Notes: generated by a model from the sequence alone, not told the origin. Shown: positions 31,631 to 45,574, counted from the stretch's first letter. The stretch: DNA of 64,000 nt from the human T2T-CHM13v2.0 reference genome, Homo sapiens (GCF_009914755.1 NC_060947.1), one strand, 5' to 3'. Translations and numbers: made by a program.

Positions 31631-32261
31631 CCTAAGGTGTTCATGACTGTAAAGTAATTGATGTTTTCCTAATTTGGGGCCATTTACATTGTCTGAGTGA
31701 ACTTCTGGAATCTAAATGCATTAAGGCGAAAGAATTAAGTGACAGTGAAAATTATTTTTGTCTTGCCAAAATAAGCAGAAGACAGTGGGAAATTTAGGAT
31801 TCTTGAAAGGCTGGAAAAGGTGAAGAAGGCATTATCCTCCCAATCAAATTATCGCACACAGGTAGCCTAAATTAAGAGTTTTACTGTGCCTAAGTCTTGC
31901 TCAATTAACAAAATTATTTCATCCAAGATCTCTGTAGCACTTTCAGGCATCTATCTGTCACCTATGAAGCCTCCTTTCTTTCATTTTTTAATTAAACTAA
32001 GACACAAACATTATTCCGTCTCCCTCAGAAAAACAACACAATTTACATCCATGAATGTTACAGTCGCCCTAAATGCTCTATCTTAATTGTTTGAGGGTCT
32101 TTTTAATTAAAACATGTATAGTTGTTGGTAGAGCTTGAAAATTAGGCAGCTTCCACTGAGCCTCGGGCAAAAAAAATTTCTCTGCAGCAGAGGAGCAAGT
32201 AGCCCCGGGCAAGCAGTAATCATCTGGCTAGCTAAGCCCACTATCCTTTTTTAGCTTAAAT

Positions 32262-32424
32262 CCTTGCTATTCAAAGTGCAGTTGATGGGCCAGCAGCAAT
32301 GGCATCACTAGGATTTTGTAAGCAATGCAGAATCCCAAGCATATCCCAGGCCAGTGAATCAGAATTTGCAGTTTAACAAGATACCCAGGTGATTCCAGTA
32401 CCTGTTAAAATTTGAGAAGCACTG
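32262..32424 (+). mobile_element. MER5A/MER5A1
   Basis: CCAGCAGCAATGGCATCAC..GAATCAGAAT..TTTAACAAGAT..CCAGGTGATTC..TTTGAGAAGCACTG. Confidence 0.85.
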
Positions 32425-32699
32425 TCTTAAAGGATAACTTAGTTCACATTATAGCAGCACTGAGTAGACTCCCAGGCCTCAGGGACTATTGTTGGACAAA
32501 TAAGTGTAAAGTTTAAGGTGCTTCCACTAGGGTGATCTCATCATCTCTCAGAGTGCCTGGAAACTAAGAAACTGCAATTACTATTTGTTCATTGATCCAT
32601 TTAAAAAATTGTTGATGAGTATCTACTATGGGTGAAGCACTAAGCAAGGCATTGCAACTACATTATTGAGAAAACCCTCATGAAGCTTACAGTCTAGTG

Positions 32700-32892
32700 C
32701 AGTGTTTCTCAAAGAGGTGTCACCTTACCATTTGTATCAAGTTTACAATGGATGGGTGCATGTTTTAAAAAAGTAAATTTCTGGGACCCACCCAAGATTA
32801 GTTGAATCAGAATCAGAATGGATATATTCCCAGGAAACAGCATTCACAGCATTCAGGTGATTATTAGGCACAAGGAAGTTTGAGAATCACTG
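32700..32892 (+). mobile_element. MER5B-like
   Basis: TIRs CAGTGTTTCTCAAA / TTTGAGAATCACTG. Confidence 0.7.
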
Positions 32893-32919
32893 ACTTCAAG
32901 GATTATGGAATATTAATAA

Positions 32920-33131
<212 letters not shown>

Positions 33132-33689
33132 ATGCTAGGCATTCTTTTAGGCACAAGGGAAATAGCAGTGAACCGAATTCCATATTTTTATGGAGTACAC
33201 ATTCCAAATGGAGGAGGCAGGTAACAAACAAACACGTATGTCAACTAGTGATAAGTGCTATGAGAAAAACTAAGGCTGGTAAACGGCTAGTTAGTGATGG
33301 GGGTCCTATTTCATATAGGATGGTCCAGAAAAGCCTCACTACAAAGGCAGTAACTGAGGCAAGACTTGAATGAAGTGAGGGAATGAGCCATGCAGCTGTG
33401 GAAGGTTTTCCCAGGCAGAAGGAACAACACAGGCATAGTCCCTTTGGTGAGAATGTGTTCGACAGGTTCAAAGATAGAAAAGAGACCAGCAGGAAAATGA
33501 TTGGGGAAGAGTCAGAGAGGTAACATAGGAGCTTGGTAGGAGCTTGGACATGTCATTCTATGGACTTTGGCTTTTACATTGTGAGGAACAGGGAGCCATT
33601 AGAGGGGTTTAAGTAAAGAAGCAACATGATATGATATGTTTTTAAATAGTTTATTCTGAATGCTGTGTAGAGAACAGACTGTATGGAGT

Positions 33690-34177
33690 ATACTAATTAG
33701 GGTAAAGTTAGGGTGTTATCACAAAAGGACCCAACCTTATGGTAGCTTAAGAATAAAGGAGTTTGTTTTCTCTCTTACTTAACAGCCCTGATGCAAACTG
33801 TTCTAATCTATAGCTAAGGTCCCTTGCTCATGGTGATTCATGGGCACATATTATTTCCAAGTTGTTTCCAAGACCATCACCTAGGGCCTTGTCATGATCT
33901 GCAAATTCAAAGCCATATTGTCAAGATATCCAGGTTCTAGCAGAGAGAATAAGAACAGGGTATAGAGGAAGCAAGCCCAAATGTCACAAGTCACTGACTC
34001 AGAAATGGCACACGTCATTTCTGCTCACTTCTATTGATGAAAACTTAGTCGCATGGGCATATCTAACAACAATCAAGGCTAGGGAATGTAGTCCAGCCAG
34101 ACAGATGTTCATTCAGGTGTATTTATTTGAAGAAGGGCCAAATGAGTTTTTATAGACAGCTAGCAATGTCTGCCATA
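33690..34177 (-). mobile_element. Old MLT1 (MLT1J/K-like) LTR
   Basis: GGTAGCTTAAG..TTTCTCTCTTAC; CACGTCATTTCTGCTCACTTCTATTG; ACAGCTAGCAATGTCTGCCATA. Confidence 0.65.
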
Positions 34178-34499
34178 GAGGACTAGAGCAAAAGAAGGCA
34201 GATGTTGCCGTCATCCAGATAAGAGATGATAGTAGCATAGACCAAGGTGGTGGCAGTGAACATGTGGAGGAATGTTGGCTTTTGTATACGATCTATTTTG
34301 AAAGATTCACTGATATACTAGATATGGATGTGATGATGATGATTACTCCAAGAGTTCTGGCCTGAATGACTTGAAGAAAGGAGTTGAATGAATGATTGGA
34401 TAAAAAAAAATATTCCACTTGAGCCGGATATTTCTCTCTTCTCCCCATCTTCCTAAACCCAATACTACATCTTAGTATGAATACAACTCAACTTCTTCC

Positions 34500-35330
34500 T
34501 TGAAAGCCAGATTTCAAATTTCAGTTCTACTACTTTCTACATGTGTGACCTTAAGCAAATCCTTTCATTCTGATATGGCTCCAATGAGTAGAGGAACACC
34601 AGGGTTCTTGGTCCTCATGCTGGTTTAGATAAAATGACATGGACATATGTGGAGTGGTTTCAAGGAGCAGAGAATTTAACAGGCAAGAAAGAAGGGAAGA
34701 GAAAGAAAGAAGAAGCTCCCCTGTACACAGACAGAGGGAGGGGGGCTCCAAAGCCAAGAGAGGAGACCCCAAGTCGGGCAGAAACCAGTCAGGTATATGT
34801 AGAGGCTGGAGGAGGCGGTATCTGATTTGCACAGGGCTCAGGGGATTGGTTTGACCAGGTATGTCATTCACATAGCCCAGGAAAAAACTGGCCCTCCCAC
34901 CCCAGCCTATTAATATGCAAATGTAGGGCGCCATGATGTTCTACACACGTGGGGATATGTGGGGGCAGCCATGTTGCCAGGCACTTGTCAGCAAGTGCAA
35001 GAAGGCTGCGGGAATCGCCATGTTTGGGTGGACCCAGTTTCTAATAGCCTACATTTGCATATCAAAGGTTGCCAGCTGGGCTCTAAGAGCCAGGGCTTTA
35101 CAAGAAAGATGCTTTAAAAAACGAAAACTTCCCAAGGACCCCTTTTCCTCTCTATCTGCCTAAAATAATTTCTTAATAACTCCTACAACAATTCCACCGA
35201 CTCTTAGTAACCTTATCTATAAAATAGAAACAATAGTAACACCAATCTCATAAAGTTACTGTGAAGATTAAATAAGGCAAGGTACAGGAAGTACATAGCA
35301 CAGGATGCACTCAATGAAAATGGCCCATCA
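34500..35330 (+). mobile_element. MIR split by an LTR (34571-35190)
   Basis: TGTGTGACCTTAAGCAAAT before the LTR; CCTTATCTATAAAATAG..GTGAAGATTAAATAAG after it. Confidence 0.75.
34571..35190 (-). mobile_element. ERV1 solo LTR, LTR9-like
   Basis: TG...CA ends, 620 bp, perfect TSD ATTC; minus strand begins TGTTGTAGGAGTTATTAAGAAATTATTTTAGGCAGATAG. Confidence 0.8.
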
Positions 35331-35694
35331 GACTTGTGATAAACATTACATGTGATTATATATGACTGGGTAAACCATATAACACACTTCTCAGCACATG
35401 GAAAATGCTCAATATGTGGTATTTATTATTTTTAAAAGGGAGGGCTAGAGTTACCAAAGATAAATGTAGTCACTTCCCAAATTATCTCAGAGACAGCACT
35501 GGGAAGAGTATGTCATCTCACCACAATGCAGAAACTAAATGAATGTGCCTATAGAGTTGCTGGACTGTTAGAAATATTTCTCTGAGACCCTCAGCTTATA
35601 AGTATCAGTCACAGTTTCTCCCTATCTCTGATGTACAGGACCCTGACATCCTCCATCTACTAGTGTCAGAGAGGAATATAAATGATCTGCATTC

Positions 35695-37401
35695 TGTAGG
35701 GGTGGCAGGAAAGCTTCCTCTTCACTCACTGAAGGTTTGTTGAAAATGAACTGACAAAAAGCAGATTAATAGGAGAGAAATGCATACAAAATTTATTTAA
35801 AGTGCATAGCATGGAGGAATCACGGGAGAATGATTACTCAATAACCCAAGGAGGTCCACATGCTTATATACCCTTCTTCATAGGGGAAGGGGAGAGGGAG
35901 ATGTAGAAGGAAATGATTTTCAGGGGAAATGAATAAGCCCAAAGAACAATGGCCTGAGACAATGGAAAGATGAGGGGCAAAACTTCACTATAAACGAAGT
36001 TTGTCTCATTATGCAGATGAAGTTCCCCCAGGTAATCTCTCAGAACCACCCTCTGAAGAATAGGGAAAGAGGATCAGGGAGACAGGGAAAGGTCAGAGAG
36101 AGACCTTGAGGCTGCTTCTTTAGTTTGGCATGTGAAAGTGCCATATTTTGGGTATCATTTTCTGAACACCAACATTCCCCTGACTGAAACTTCCCTAGAA
36201 ATTTCATACATTTAAAGCTGAGTTGGTGGCTGTAGAGAGAAAAATCGAGTTTGTAGCTAAATGGCAAAGGGTCCCTTAAACCAATCTCCCATTGCTGGGA
36301 ATAGGTCAATCTAATTAAACAGTTGTGTCTCAATTCAGGAGGTGGTGTTTTCCAGGATCCCATAAAAGTTTTATCTCTATATAGTGTAGGCAAAGAGGTT
36401 TTTTAAATAAGACACATTTTTATGGAAACAGAAGAAAAACAAAAGTTAATGTCTAGAGCAGTCTATAAGCTAGTTTACTTAGAATCTGGAGGGCAGTCAG
36501 TGGAGAAGATTACTAGATTTGGGATTCAAGCATCTATAGTTGGAGCAACATCAGGTGGTGGCAATTTGACAGATTTTTCTGGTTTATAGTTTCCCTGTCA
36601 CAAAGTTTGTCCAAATAGAAGCTGTCGTGGTGATTTTTCTTTAAAGCCAAATTGACCAGCTTTGGCTTGTGGGCCTCAGGGAACAAAAGGCAGTTTTTAA
36701 TTTCTAGTGATTTCAAATCAGAAGGATGAGAGAAAAATTGAAAATGTTACTTTGGGGACTTATGGTGAGATTATTAGAACAAACTAAGAATTCAGAATTC
36801 AGTCCAGATAAAAACTCAAAAATAATGGACAGGAATAGAATCTAATAACAGGTGCACTATAGTTTTCTTCTGAAACATAATTTTCTCTCTCCAGTCCCCC
36901 TATTTCTGACAACTATAATCACAGTAAGACCAAGTTGTTTGTAAAAATAAAATTAGTTTCATAAACTTAGCCTGATTATTTGCACAAAGTACAGCAAGAA
37001 TAGTGATTGATCATATAGGCTTTTTTTTTAGCTGGCTTTGCTGGAATATTTTTATAAGGAACCTCAGCTTAATCTCTTAGAGCTGCCCTCAAAAGAATAG
37101 ATGAAAAGTCTACTTGGGTGGGATAATGACCTCTAGTCTCTTCTGTTCTCACTTGGTTAATCTTTCCCAGTTATTTGATAAGATTCCTAGGGAGGGTAAC
37201 TTAAGACAATTGCATTTCTTTTGGAAAGAAGTTTTCTTAATCAGCTAAGGAAATTCCGGACAGAGTCCTTCCCAATGCTTTGGGAAAGAGGACAGAGAGA
37301 CAGGGAGGCAGGGAAAGGTCAGAGAGAGACCTTGAGGCTGCTTCTTTAGTTCAGCATGTCAAAGTGTCATATTCTGGGGCATCATTTTCTGATCCCCAGC
37401 A
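35695..37401 (-). mobile_element. Deleted ERV1 (MER4-group) element: MER31-like LTR 35695-36174, internal 36175-~37080, partial MER31/MER67-like LTR ~37085-37401
   Basis: Both LTRs start TG(T/C)TGG..TCAGAAAATGAT on the minus strand; purine tract GGGGAA precedes the 3' LTR; ATTC on both outer flanks. Confidence 0.8.
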
Positions 37402-37542
37402 ATTCAAACTATAGCACTGCTGCAGTTTCCTTAGCCACTCATAATGTTTGCATGTTCCAGAGAAACAAAGCTTCCATCAGAAACCAAACACAAGCCAGTT
37501 TACATGAGTGTCTGCACTTGAGAGTATATAAAGACTTGCACA

Positions 37543-37858
37543 GGCTAGGCGCGGTGGCTCATGCCTATAGTCCCAGCACTTTAGGAGGCTGAGGCAGGAG
37601 GATTGCTTGAACCCAGGATTTCAAGACCAGCCTGAGCAACACAGGGAGACCCTGTCTCTACAAAAAATAAAAATAAATTAGCCAGGTGGGGTGGTTCATG
37701 CCTGTGGTCCCAGCTACTTGTGAGGCTGGTGTGGGCGGATTGCTTGAGCTGGGAGGTCAAGGCTGCAGTGAGCTGTGATTGCACCACTGTACTCCACCCT
37801 ATGTGACAGAGGGAGAAGCTGTCTCAAAAAAAAATAAATAAATAAAAATTTAAAAAAA
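37543..37858 (+). mobile_element. AluJ (Jo/Jr-like)
   Basis: GGAGGATTGCTTGA, GGAGGTCAAGGCTGCAGTGAG; A-rich tail; imperfect TSD AAAGAC..TTGCA. Confidence 0.93.
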
Positions 37859-38034
37859 GACTACTTGCATAAACCAAACAGAGCAGGAAGACCTGTGAGA
37901 GCTACTAGTGTCCTTTTCCTTTTTGATCCTTGGTGTCACTCATTGAATTCAAGCAACAAAGTATATACCTGATAAAGAAATGGGATTTCTATTATGACCC
38001 ATCTGTTATAATCTGCATATCTATATATCTTCCT

Positions 38035-38172
38035 GCACAGTTTACAAAGCACTTTCACATACACTGATACTTTCAACAATTCTAAGAGGTATTATTAACT
38101 TCATTTTACAGAAGAAGAAAACTAAGAGTTAAGAAATAAAGTGGTTTACCCTTAGTCATACAATTAGCAAAC
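38035..38172 (-). mobile_element. MIR
   Basis: TTTACAAAGCACTTTCACATAC..CATTTTACAGAAGAAGAAAACT. Confidence 0.75.
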
Positions 38173-38509
38173 AATCTTAATTCATCTGTAACAGAGTAGG
38201 GAGCTCTTACAGCTTGGATTTAAGATATTTACAGTGAAATTCTGCATTTGCATCATCATATTTGGTTTTTTCCCACGATTTACAAGGTTTCCTGGTGTAA
38301 GTGCCCAACCCAACCTGGGTTCTGTGAATCCTGAGCCCACTCCCCAAATTGATAAGACTTGTAGCATTTGAGTTTTTCAGTTTGTTCATGTTTTCCCAAC
38401 CAAGACTGGAAGCTGAGCCATACATGAACAAAATAATCTAGAAGGGAATGTTTGTTCCATGCCTACTGATCAGATTGCTTCCCCATGGAGTACTTACCTC
38501 CTACTTGAC

Positions 38510-38685
38510 TTGGGCTAGAATTCATACCTTCTCTTTGAGAAACACTGTGTAAATTACTTTGCTTTCTCTGAGCCTCAGTTTTCTCACCTGTAAAACTGAG
38601 ATAATGGTGGTATCCACTCCACAGAGCTATTGTAGGGAATGAAATAATGTCTGTAGAACACCAAACACATATTAATCATTCAATA
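38510..38685 (+). mobile_element. MIR
   Basis: CTCTGAGCCTCAGTTTTCTCACCTGTAAAACTGAGATAAT. Confidence 0.8.
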
Positions 38686-40018
38686 GGGAGTGATGGTGCA
38701 ATAGGGATAGTAGTGATGGGAATGGTAGTATTCATTATAATTACAGTTTCCAGACCATTCTCTTGCCACTTTCCACCAAAGCATGTATCACATTTCTCCT
38801 TAAGGTCTTATCTGCTTGCTTAATCTCTTGAACTATCTCCTAACCTGCTGATGGTAGTTTAAAGCATTACTCACCCCACCACTAGATAATAGATATACAT
38901 TTTGACAAGATACTTAAACTACATATTTCAAAGAATAATAAAAACAAAAGAGCTATACCTCCAAAACAAGGAGATTTGGGGGCTACTCCCACATTCTGTA
39001 GGCAGACCTTTATTTTTCTGGTATAGAGCCAGGCCTGACTGGTTATATTTGGCTCCAAATGTAAAAGAAAAAGAGAGAGGATGGGTTTTGCCAGGTATTT
39101 CAGAAATTGACTGTCAGGCCAAGCTACTTGAATATATTATTAAAAAAAAAAAAAACAGCAGCAAAAAAGTTTTTGTCACTTCAACCTCCCTAGTTCCCTG
39201 ACTCCCTGTACCCTAGCTCTCCATCCCTTAACACAAACACACACATAAAACAAATATCTCCAGGCACCAGGTAAGCTGTATCGAAGATCATAACATTCTG
39301 TCACAGTGGGGCCAAGGGTAAACATTGTGTTGGGTTGTAGTCAAATGCATTTGGTAAGAAATAATGCATGAAAGCAGAGCCCAGGTGCTGTTGGAAATGT
39401 GCAAAAATACCTCTGTGCTTCTCAGAATTGGTAAACATTAAAAGGCTGAACACAGAGCAAAACCAGTCAGAACTGTCTCTTCCTGAGAATATTGGATTTG
39501 CTATGGCTATTTGTGAACACCCTCATGGCCCATAAGAAGTGATAAAATCTTTCAGATATGAGTTGATCTTTTCTAGAGGAGCAGAAGATCCTGGCTAGGG
39601 TACCTAGCTGTTGAAGATTTTTAAATTTCAATCAAATAGCAGTAAATCTTTTTGTATAACACAAAGGGCTTATTATATATTCATCCAAATGAAATTCACA
39701 ACACAGAATGCTACCCTCTTCCTCAATTTATCATCTCTTCCAGGAGTGTTTGTCATCCTTGTTAATTTCCCAGAAAACCGAAATCTGAATCCTCTTGGCT
39801 GTAAGATACTGCAAGCCTTCCCAACAAGAAATGATTTTCCCTTAAAAAGAATTGGAATTTTCCATGGATCCTGGCTAAGGTCTGCTTCACAAGTCAAAGA
39901 TACTAAGTCAGACAATAAGACAATTCAGAAATTTTTAAGTATAAACTAAGGCCAGCCTCACCAGAAGGTCATTGTTTACATGTATAATTTCTCATCAGCT
40001 TGCCAGATAGTGTCATAA

Positions 40019-40358
40019 TGAGACAGCCAGGTGGGAAGGGCTCCCTGGCAAAACTCCAACTGGCCTGCACACTGGGAGGAATGTGCACTGGGGTGGAGCC
40101 GCAAAGTTCACCCCGTTTGCAGTGGGGAGGAGCCTGGCCCCTCCTCTTCCTGGGTGGAATCTGGGATTCAAACTGGGAGATGGGAAGCACAACAGCAGGG
40201 CCTCCAGCTTTGCGGAGTGTCCCTGTTTTCCTTTTTTTCCCTTTTCACCCAATAAAACTGTGACTTACTCACCCATCAAATCACCTGCGAGCCTAAATTT
40301 TCAGGGCCATGTGACAAAGACCCTCCCTTTAGCTGAACCAAGGAAAAGTCCTGCAACA
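40019..40358 (+). mobile_element. ERV1 solo LTR, MER61-like
   Basis: TGAGACAGCCAGGTGGGAAGGG...GAAAAGTCCTGCAACA, 340 bp; AATAAA at 40251; TSD ATAA/AAAA. Confidence 0.8.
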
Positions 40359-41137
40359 AAAATTAATTCCTTTGGAATAAGACACAAAAGTTACTGGTTA
40401 AAAGGTATTTCCCCCAAAAGAAGATTATGCATATACTGGTTTATCAGGAAGGAGAGCTGGGTGTATACTTTGATAGAGCCAGAGCATTTGGGTGTTACCA
40501 TACTGATGGAGAGTAGGTGTGAAGAAGGTAGTGGCTTCTGGAGTTGGAGGTGGAGTGGGGGTTGGAGCAGGTCCTGGAAGAACTTGTGAGAGGGCACAAA
40601 ATCACATAATCACTAAATAGTTTTGCCAAGAGCCAGTCCTCTGGGCCTTTCCCATTTCTAAGTGTCACACAATTCCTTCTTATTTTATACTCGACCCTGA
40701 AGGACTCTGAACGATAACTAGGCATTATTACCTTGATAGGGTTTTAATCGGCCTTTTCTCATAATTGTGAAAAGCAGAGAAAGAGAGACACAGGAGGAGA
40801 TGGGAACGTAAGAAAGGTATGGGGACAGGAGAGAACACTTTTTCCTCACTCCCGATGTTGCTTTCCATGATTCTATCTCCTCATTTATTTCTTCCAAGGG
40901 AGGTGAGATTTATGAGTGGTGAGTCTGGTCAAAAAACCTGTCCCTGTCGCATTGGTCACAGCTCCTTATCTCCTCTTATTCTTGAGACTAAGGCTGTTGT
41001 CAGAGTGTGTGTCTTGCTCTGCTCTTCCATGCAGAGAGTTTTTACAGAGACATATATAAATATCCATGGGGATGGGAAGGGCAATGTGATGGTCTGGTGC
41101 TACCTCTGAGTGGGTGAACAAATCTGAGATACAGTGT

Positions 41138-41847
41138 TATAATCGCCTGATGGGTTCTTCCTGCCCACTGCACAGACAAAACCAATTCACCAAGACTATG
41201 ACATTGCAGTAAAGAAAGAATTTAATTGATGTGAGGCCAGCAATGCCACATGAAAGACAGTTATTACACAAATCAACCTTGCTGATGGCTTGGATATTAG
41301 GGTTTTTCAAGGAGAGTTTGATGGGCAGGGGACTGGGAAATGGGTGCTGCTGATTGATTGGGTATGCCATCATAGGAGTGTAGAGAATGGTCCTCATGTG
41401 CTGAGTCTGCCTCTGGGAGGGGGCCATAGGGCTGCCTCTGGGTCACTCCGAAATGCAAAAGTCTGAAAAGGCATCTCAAAAGGCCAATCTTAGGTTCTAT
41501 AACGGTGATGTTATTTACAGGAGTAAATGGGGGAAGTTACAAATCTTGTAACCTCTGGAACAATGGCTGATTATTGGTTAACTATGCCTACACTTAGAAG
41601 AATTTAGGCCTCTCTCATAAGCCTAACCTTGTGGCATTTCATTAGTTTTACAAAGGTGATTTAGTTTTTGGAAGGGCTTATTATCATCCTTGCTTTAAGG
41701 TTAAACTACAAACTAAATTCCTCCCATGGTTAGCTTGGCCAACGCTCAGGAATGAGTAAATATAGCCAGCCTGTGAGGCTAGAAGCAAGATAGAGTCAGC
41801 CATGCTACATTTCTCTGACTGTCAAAATCTTTACAAAGGTGGTTTCA
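41138..41847 (-). mobile_element. ERV1 solo LTR, LTR8A-like
   Basis: Minus strand begins TGAAACCACCTTTGTAAAGAT..GGCTGACTCTATCTTGCTTCTAGCCTCACAGG; 710 bp; TSD GTGT/GTAT. Confidence 0.85.
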
Positions 41848-42471
41848 GTATTAGGAAGCTCACTTATCCACAGATATAAACTACATTCTTATCAGTTTAG
41901 TTGGGAATAAAGGGGCTATTTTCATCTCCCCTTTGTCTTGCTCATTTTTTTTCAATATCTGTTGGTTTAGAATTCAAGGTGTTATTTATTGGACTTCCTC
42001 TAATCCAAACACCTGATGGATTGGTCCAAGAATACAAGGAAATAGACAAGAACTAGAATTAGCAGACTCAAATAACAACAGAAATATCTCTGGGTGGGGC
42101 TAGGGGCTATAGGTCTTGGACTTCAATATATAAACAGGATATTTTGAACTTGGCAGTCTATAGAAGCTTACATTGGACCAAGAGTCTGTTTTATATAATT
42201 ATACAATTGGCTTTTATTAGGCCAAAATTAGGCCTAACAAGGCCAAAATTAACTTCTTGGTGAGAAATTTCTCCAAATTGAATTGAAGTTCACAGATCAT
42301 GGACTCCAGCCATTTGGGTAGACTGGCATCCCTGGTACAGCTAAAATCAAGATTCTTTCTGTCTGTCACTTTTCCTTCAGATAATATTGAGTCTTTAGCA
42401 ATTCTGAGTACTGAATATGGATAATGAAATTTTACCTGGGAAAAAGTCCCCTAGGGACTATGGATTGGTCT

Positions 42472-43040
42472 ACATATTAGCTGTCTGTTGCTACATAACA
42501 AACTATCCCAAAATACAGTGGCATAAAATGGAAAACATTTATTATCTCCCAGTTTCTATGGGTCAGGAATCTAGGTGAACCTTAGTTGGATCCTCTGTCT
42601 CAGAATCCTTCACAGGCTGCAGTCAAGATGTTGGCCATGACTATGGTTATCTCAAGGCTCAATTAGGAGAGGACCTGCTTCCAAGTTCACTCACATGGCT
42701 GCTGGGAGAATTTAGTTCCTCAAAGACTGTTAGACTGAGTCTCATCCCTTGCTGGCAAGTTCCTTGTCACATAGGCCTCTCCATCAGGCAGCTCACAACA
42801 CAGCAGATGGCTTCATCAGCACAAACAACTGAGAACAGCCAGAGAAGAAGAGAATGCTACAAACATGGAAGTCACAGTCTTTGGTAAACTAATTCTAGAA
42901 GTGACACGCCACCATTTCATCATATTCTATTTGTTAAAAGCAACATAGTAGGTCCAGCCCAAACCCAGGGGAAGGGATTTCACAAGGAGTGAATTCTAGG
43001 AGGCAGAGATCAATGTGGGCCATGAAGGGACTACCACCAC
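42472..43040 (-). mobile_element. MLT1F-like MaLR LTR
   Basis: TTGCTACATAACAAACTATCCCAAAA..GGGTCAGGAATCTAGG..CTGCTTCCAAGTTCACTCACATGG. Confidence 0.8.
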
Positions 43041-44153
43041 CTATTTGTTTGTTTTCTAATTGGGAATATGTGGGGCCAGTGATGCAATTATCTTGTAGGT
43101 TCTATTAATTCCTTGAACTGTAGGAAACATCAGAGACTTGGCATTGAACCAACACACACTCAGAGGCTCTGAAAGAACTACATCCATTCCAGTAAGAGAC
43201 AGTACAGACTAAAACTGCTGAAGAACCCCAAGTCTGCACAGGCCTTGAGAACTTTTCTCATTAAAGTTGAGCATAGTAAGAAGCTAGGGAGGATACATTT
43301 TGGTCCTTAATTTTTGGAACTTTTACTCCCAAGAGAAAGAAAACTTTATTTTGAACTTTAAAATCTTTGGAGGTAAAAACTTTGGACTTTCATTTCTCTA
43401 GACTTTAACTAAAAAGCATGAGGGAGTTTGAATTTAAATGTCCTCCTGCAAATGTGATAAAAGAAGATTATATTCAAATGAGTAGCATCTTATTGATGCA
43501 CATTATTTTCATAGTGTCTTAATGTTATCCTTTGGTCTCACTGCACATCCTCTGATAGTATACTTATGACAATTCAGCTGGTCATTATTTGAGAAAGGAA
43601 ATAGAGTAGGTGATAAATTTGCATCCTTACACAAGGCACAGTCTTGATATTAATTTAATTAATATAGTCTTCAGGCACATTTCAGAGCCTTCTGCAAATA
43701 TCACCATCTACATTGCCCATCAGCAATCCCAGTGGTTTCTACTGGGAGGTTAGCCTCACGAAGGTGGGAGTCAGACTGTCCTCATAAACTGCTAATCTTC
43801 CCCCTTCATGGAGATGGCTCAGTGGTTAAACTCAGTGGGTTAAGAGAAAAATAAACTGGGAAATTCTAGAGTAGATTATTCTTCCCAACTCTACATGTTT
43901 CTTTCCATGTGGGGGCTGTGATATTCTTATGAAGAGGAGGGGGATTGGGATGATTTACCTGGTTGATGAGCTTAGAACAAGGAACTGGGGCATGCATAGC
44001 TCTGACCATACTGCTTCTTCACGGGATATGGCTGACTACAGAGGAGTTGTGTTCTGTTCTGATTTCTGCCAAACAGTGAGAGGGGCCTGGCCCTGTAAGA
44101 GGGTTCTGTGGTGGTACAGCATAGTTTGTGACAGAGGAGGTAAGCCTCTCTAA

Positions 44154-44542
<389 letters not shown>

Positions 44543-45574
44543 TAACGGTGATAAGACTCCACCTTCAGATTCCTTTGAATTTCTCAATTGTTCAGAACTC
44601 AAGCAAGTAAAAGTGCTGTGCTATTGGTTGCCTTCCCACTTGTCACAAACAGAAGTGGTCTGGATATGAAAAAAATTTTGGTTCTCAAGATGACAGGTGG
44701 GTACAGAATTCCAATGAGGAAGAAGTGGAGGGACCTGCACAGACCAAAGAAAACATGAAAATCTTGAGGGCTTGTTACCCGAAACAAGGAGTAAGACTCC
44801 CAAAAGGGAGATGAATCTTAACCAATGGGCTGAGGGTCAGATTTTAGACCCCCAAATAATAAGACTCTTCTCAGAATTTTACTTTCAAACTAAAAAAAAA
44901 AAAATGCTTTAAACCCTACAAACACCCACTTTAAAAAATTCTCCTGATTCAACAAGGTCTGAAGGCTGAAGCAGGATTGAGTGACTGTGATAAATAGCAA
45001 TATGATCAGTGGCTTATTTGTTCTTACAAATTCCTACTGCTTGTGGGGATCTACCTGATAGTGGGGGATATGAATTTGTAAATAATGTATTTCTCTGGGT
45101 TTGAAAGAATTTCTGTCATTTTCTTCATTCTTCTTGACATTTCCCCAATAATTTATGAGCTTCCCTTGATAGGTGGAAGGATCAATAGCTGAGTGTGTCT
45201 TCGGGAACTAAGTGACAAAACAACACTAACATACTCCAGTGAAAAGCACCACATTTCTCTAGCCATGGTCAATATTTGAAGGTGGCAAAACACAGAGGTG
45301 AGTCCTTCTTTGGGCATATCTATGTCCCTTCAAATATTCTGAAGCATGGATCCCCATCTAAATGCCAAGGGTACGGTAGTTTTTCCAAAGAGCTAAGAAA
45401 CAGTGCTAGACGTATAAAGGAGTCCTGTTAGAGGCTGCCATGGAAGTAAAGAATGAACAGGTAGGCTCCATCTCCTCCCCACCTGTACTTGAAGGATTTC
45501 GGTTTTAATCTGTTTTATACATCAGAATTTTCTGAAATACATCATTTGAATAACAGGTCCAAGGATTTAAAAAG

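Noticed and set aside
34965-35000. p53-like half sites in the LTR
   Set aside because: Each half site has about 2 mismatches to RRRCWWGYYY and the spacing is irregular.
40000-40589. Cluster of 73-168 aa ORFs
   Set aside because: They start in the GC-richer MER61-like LTR; no recognisable domain or splice structure.
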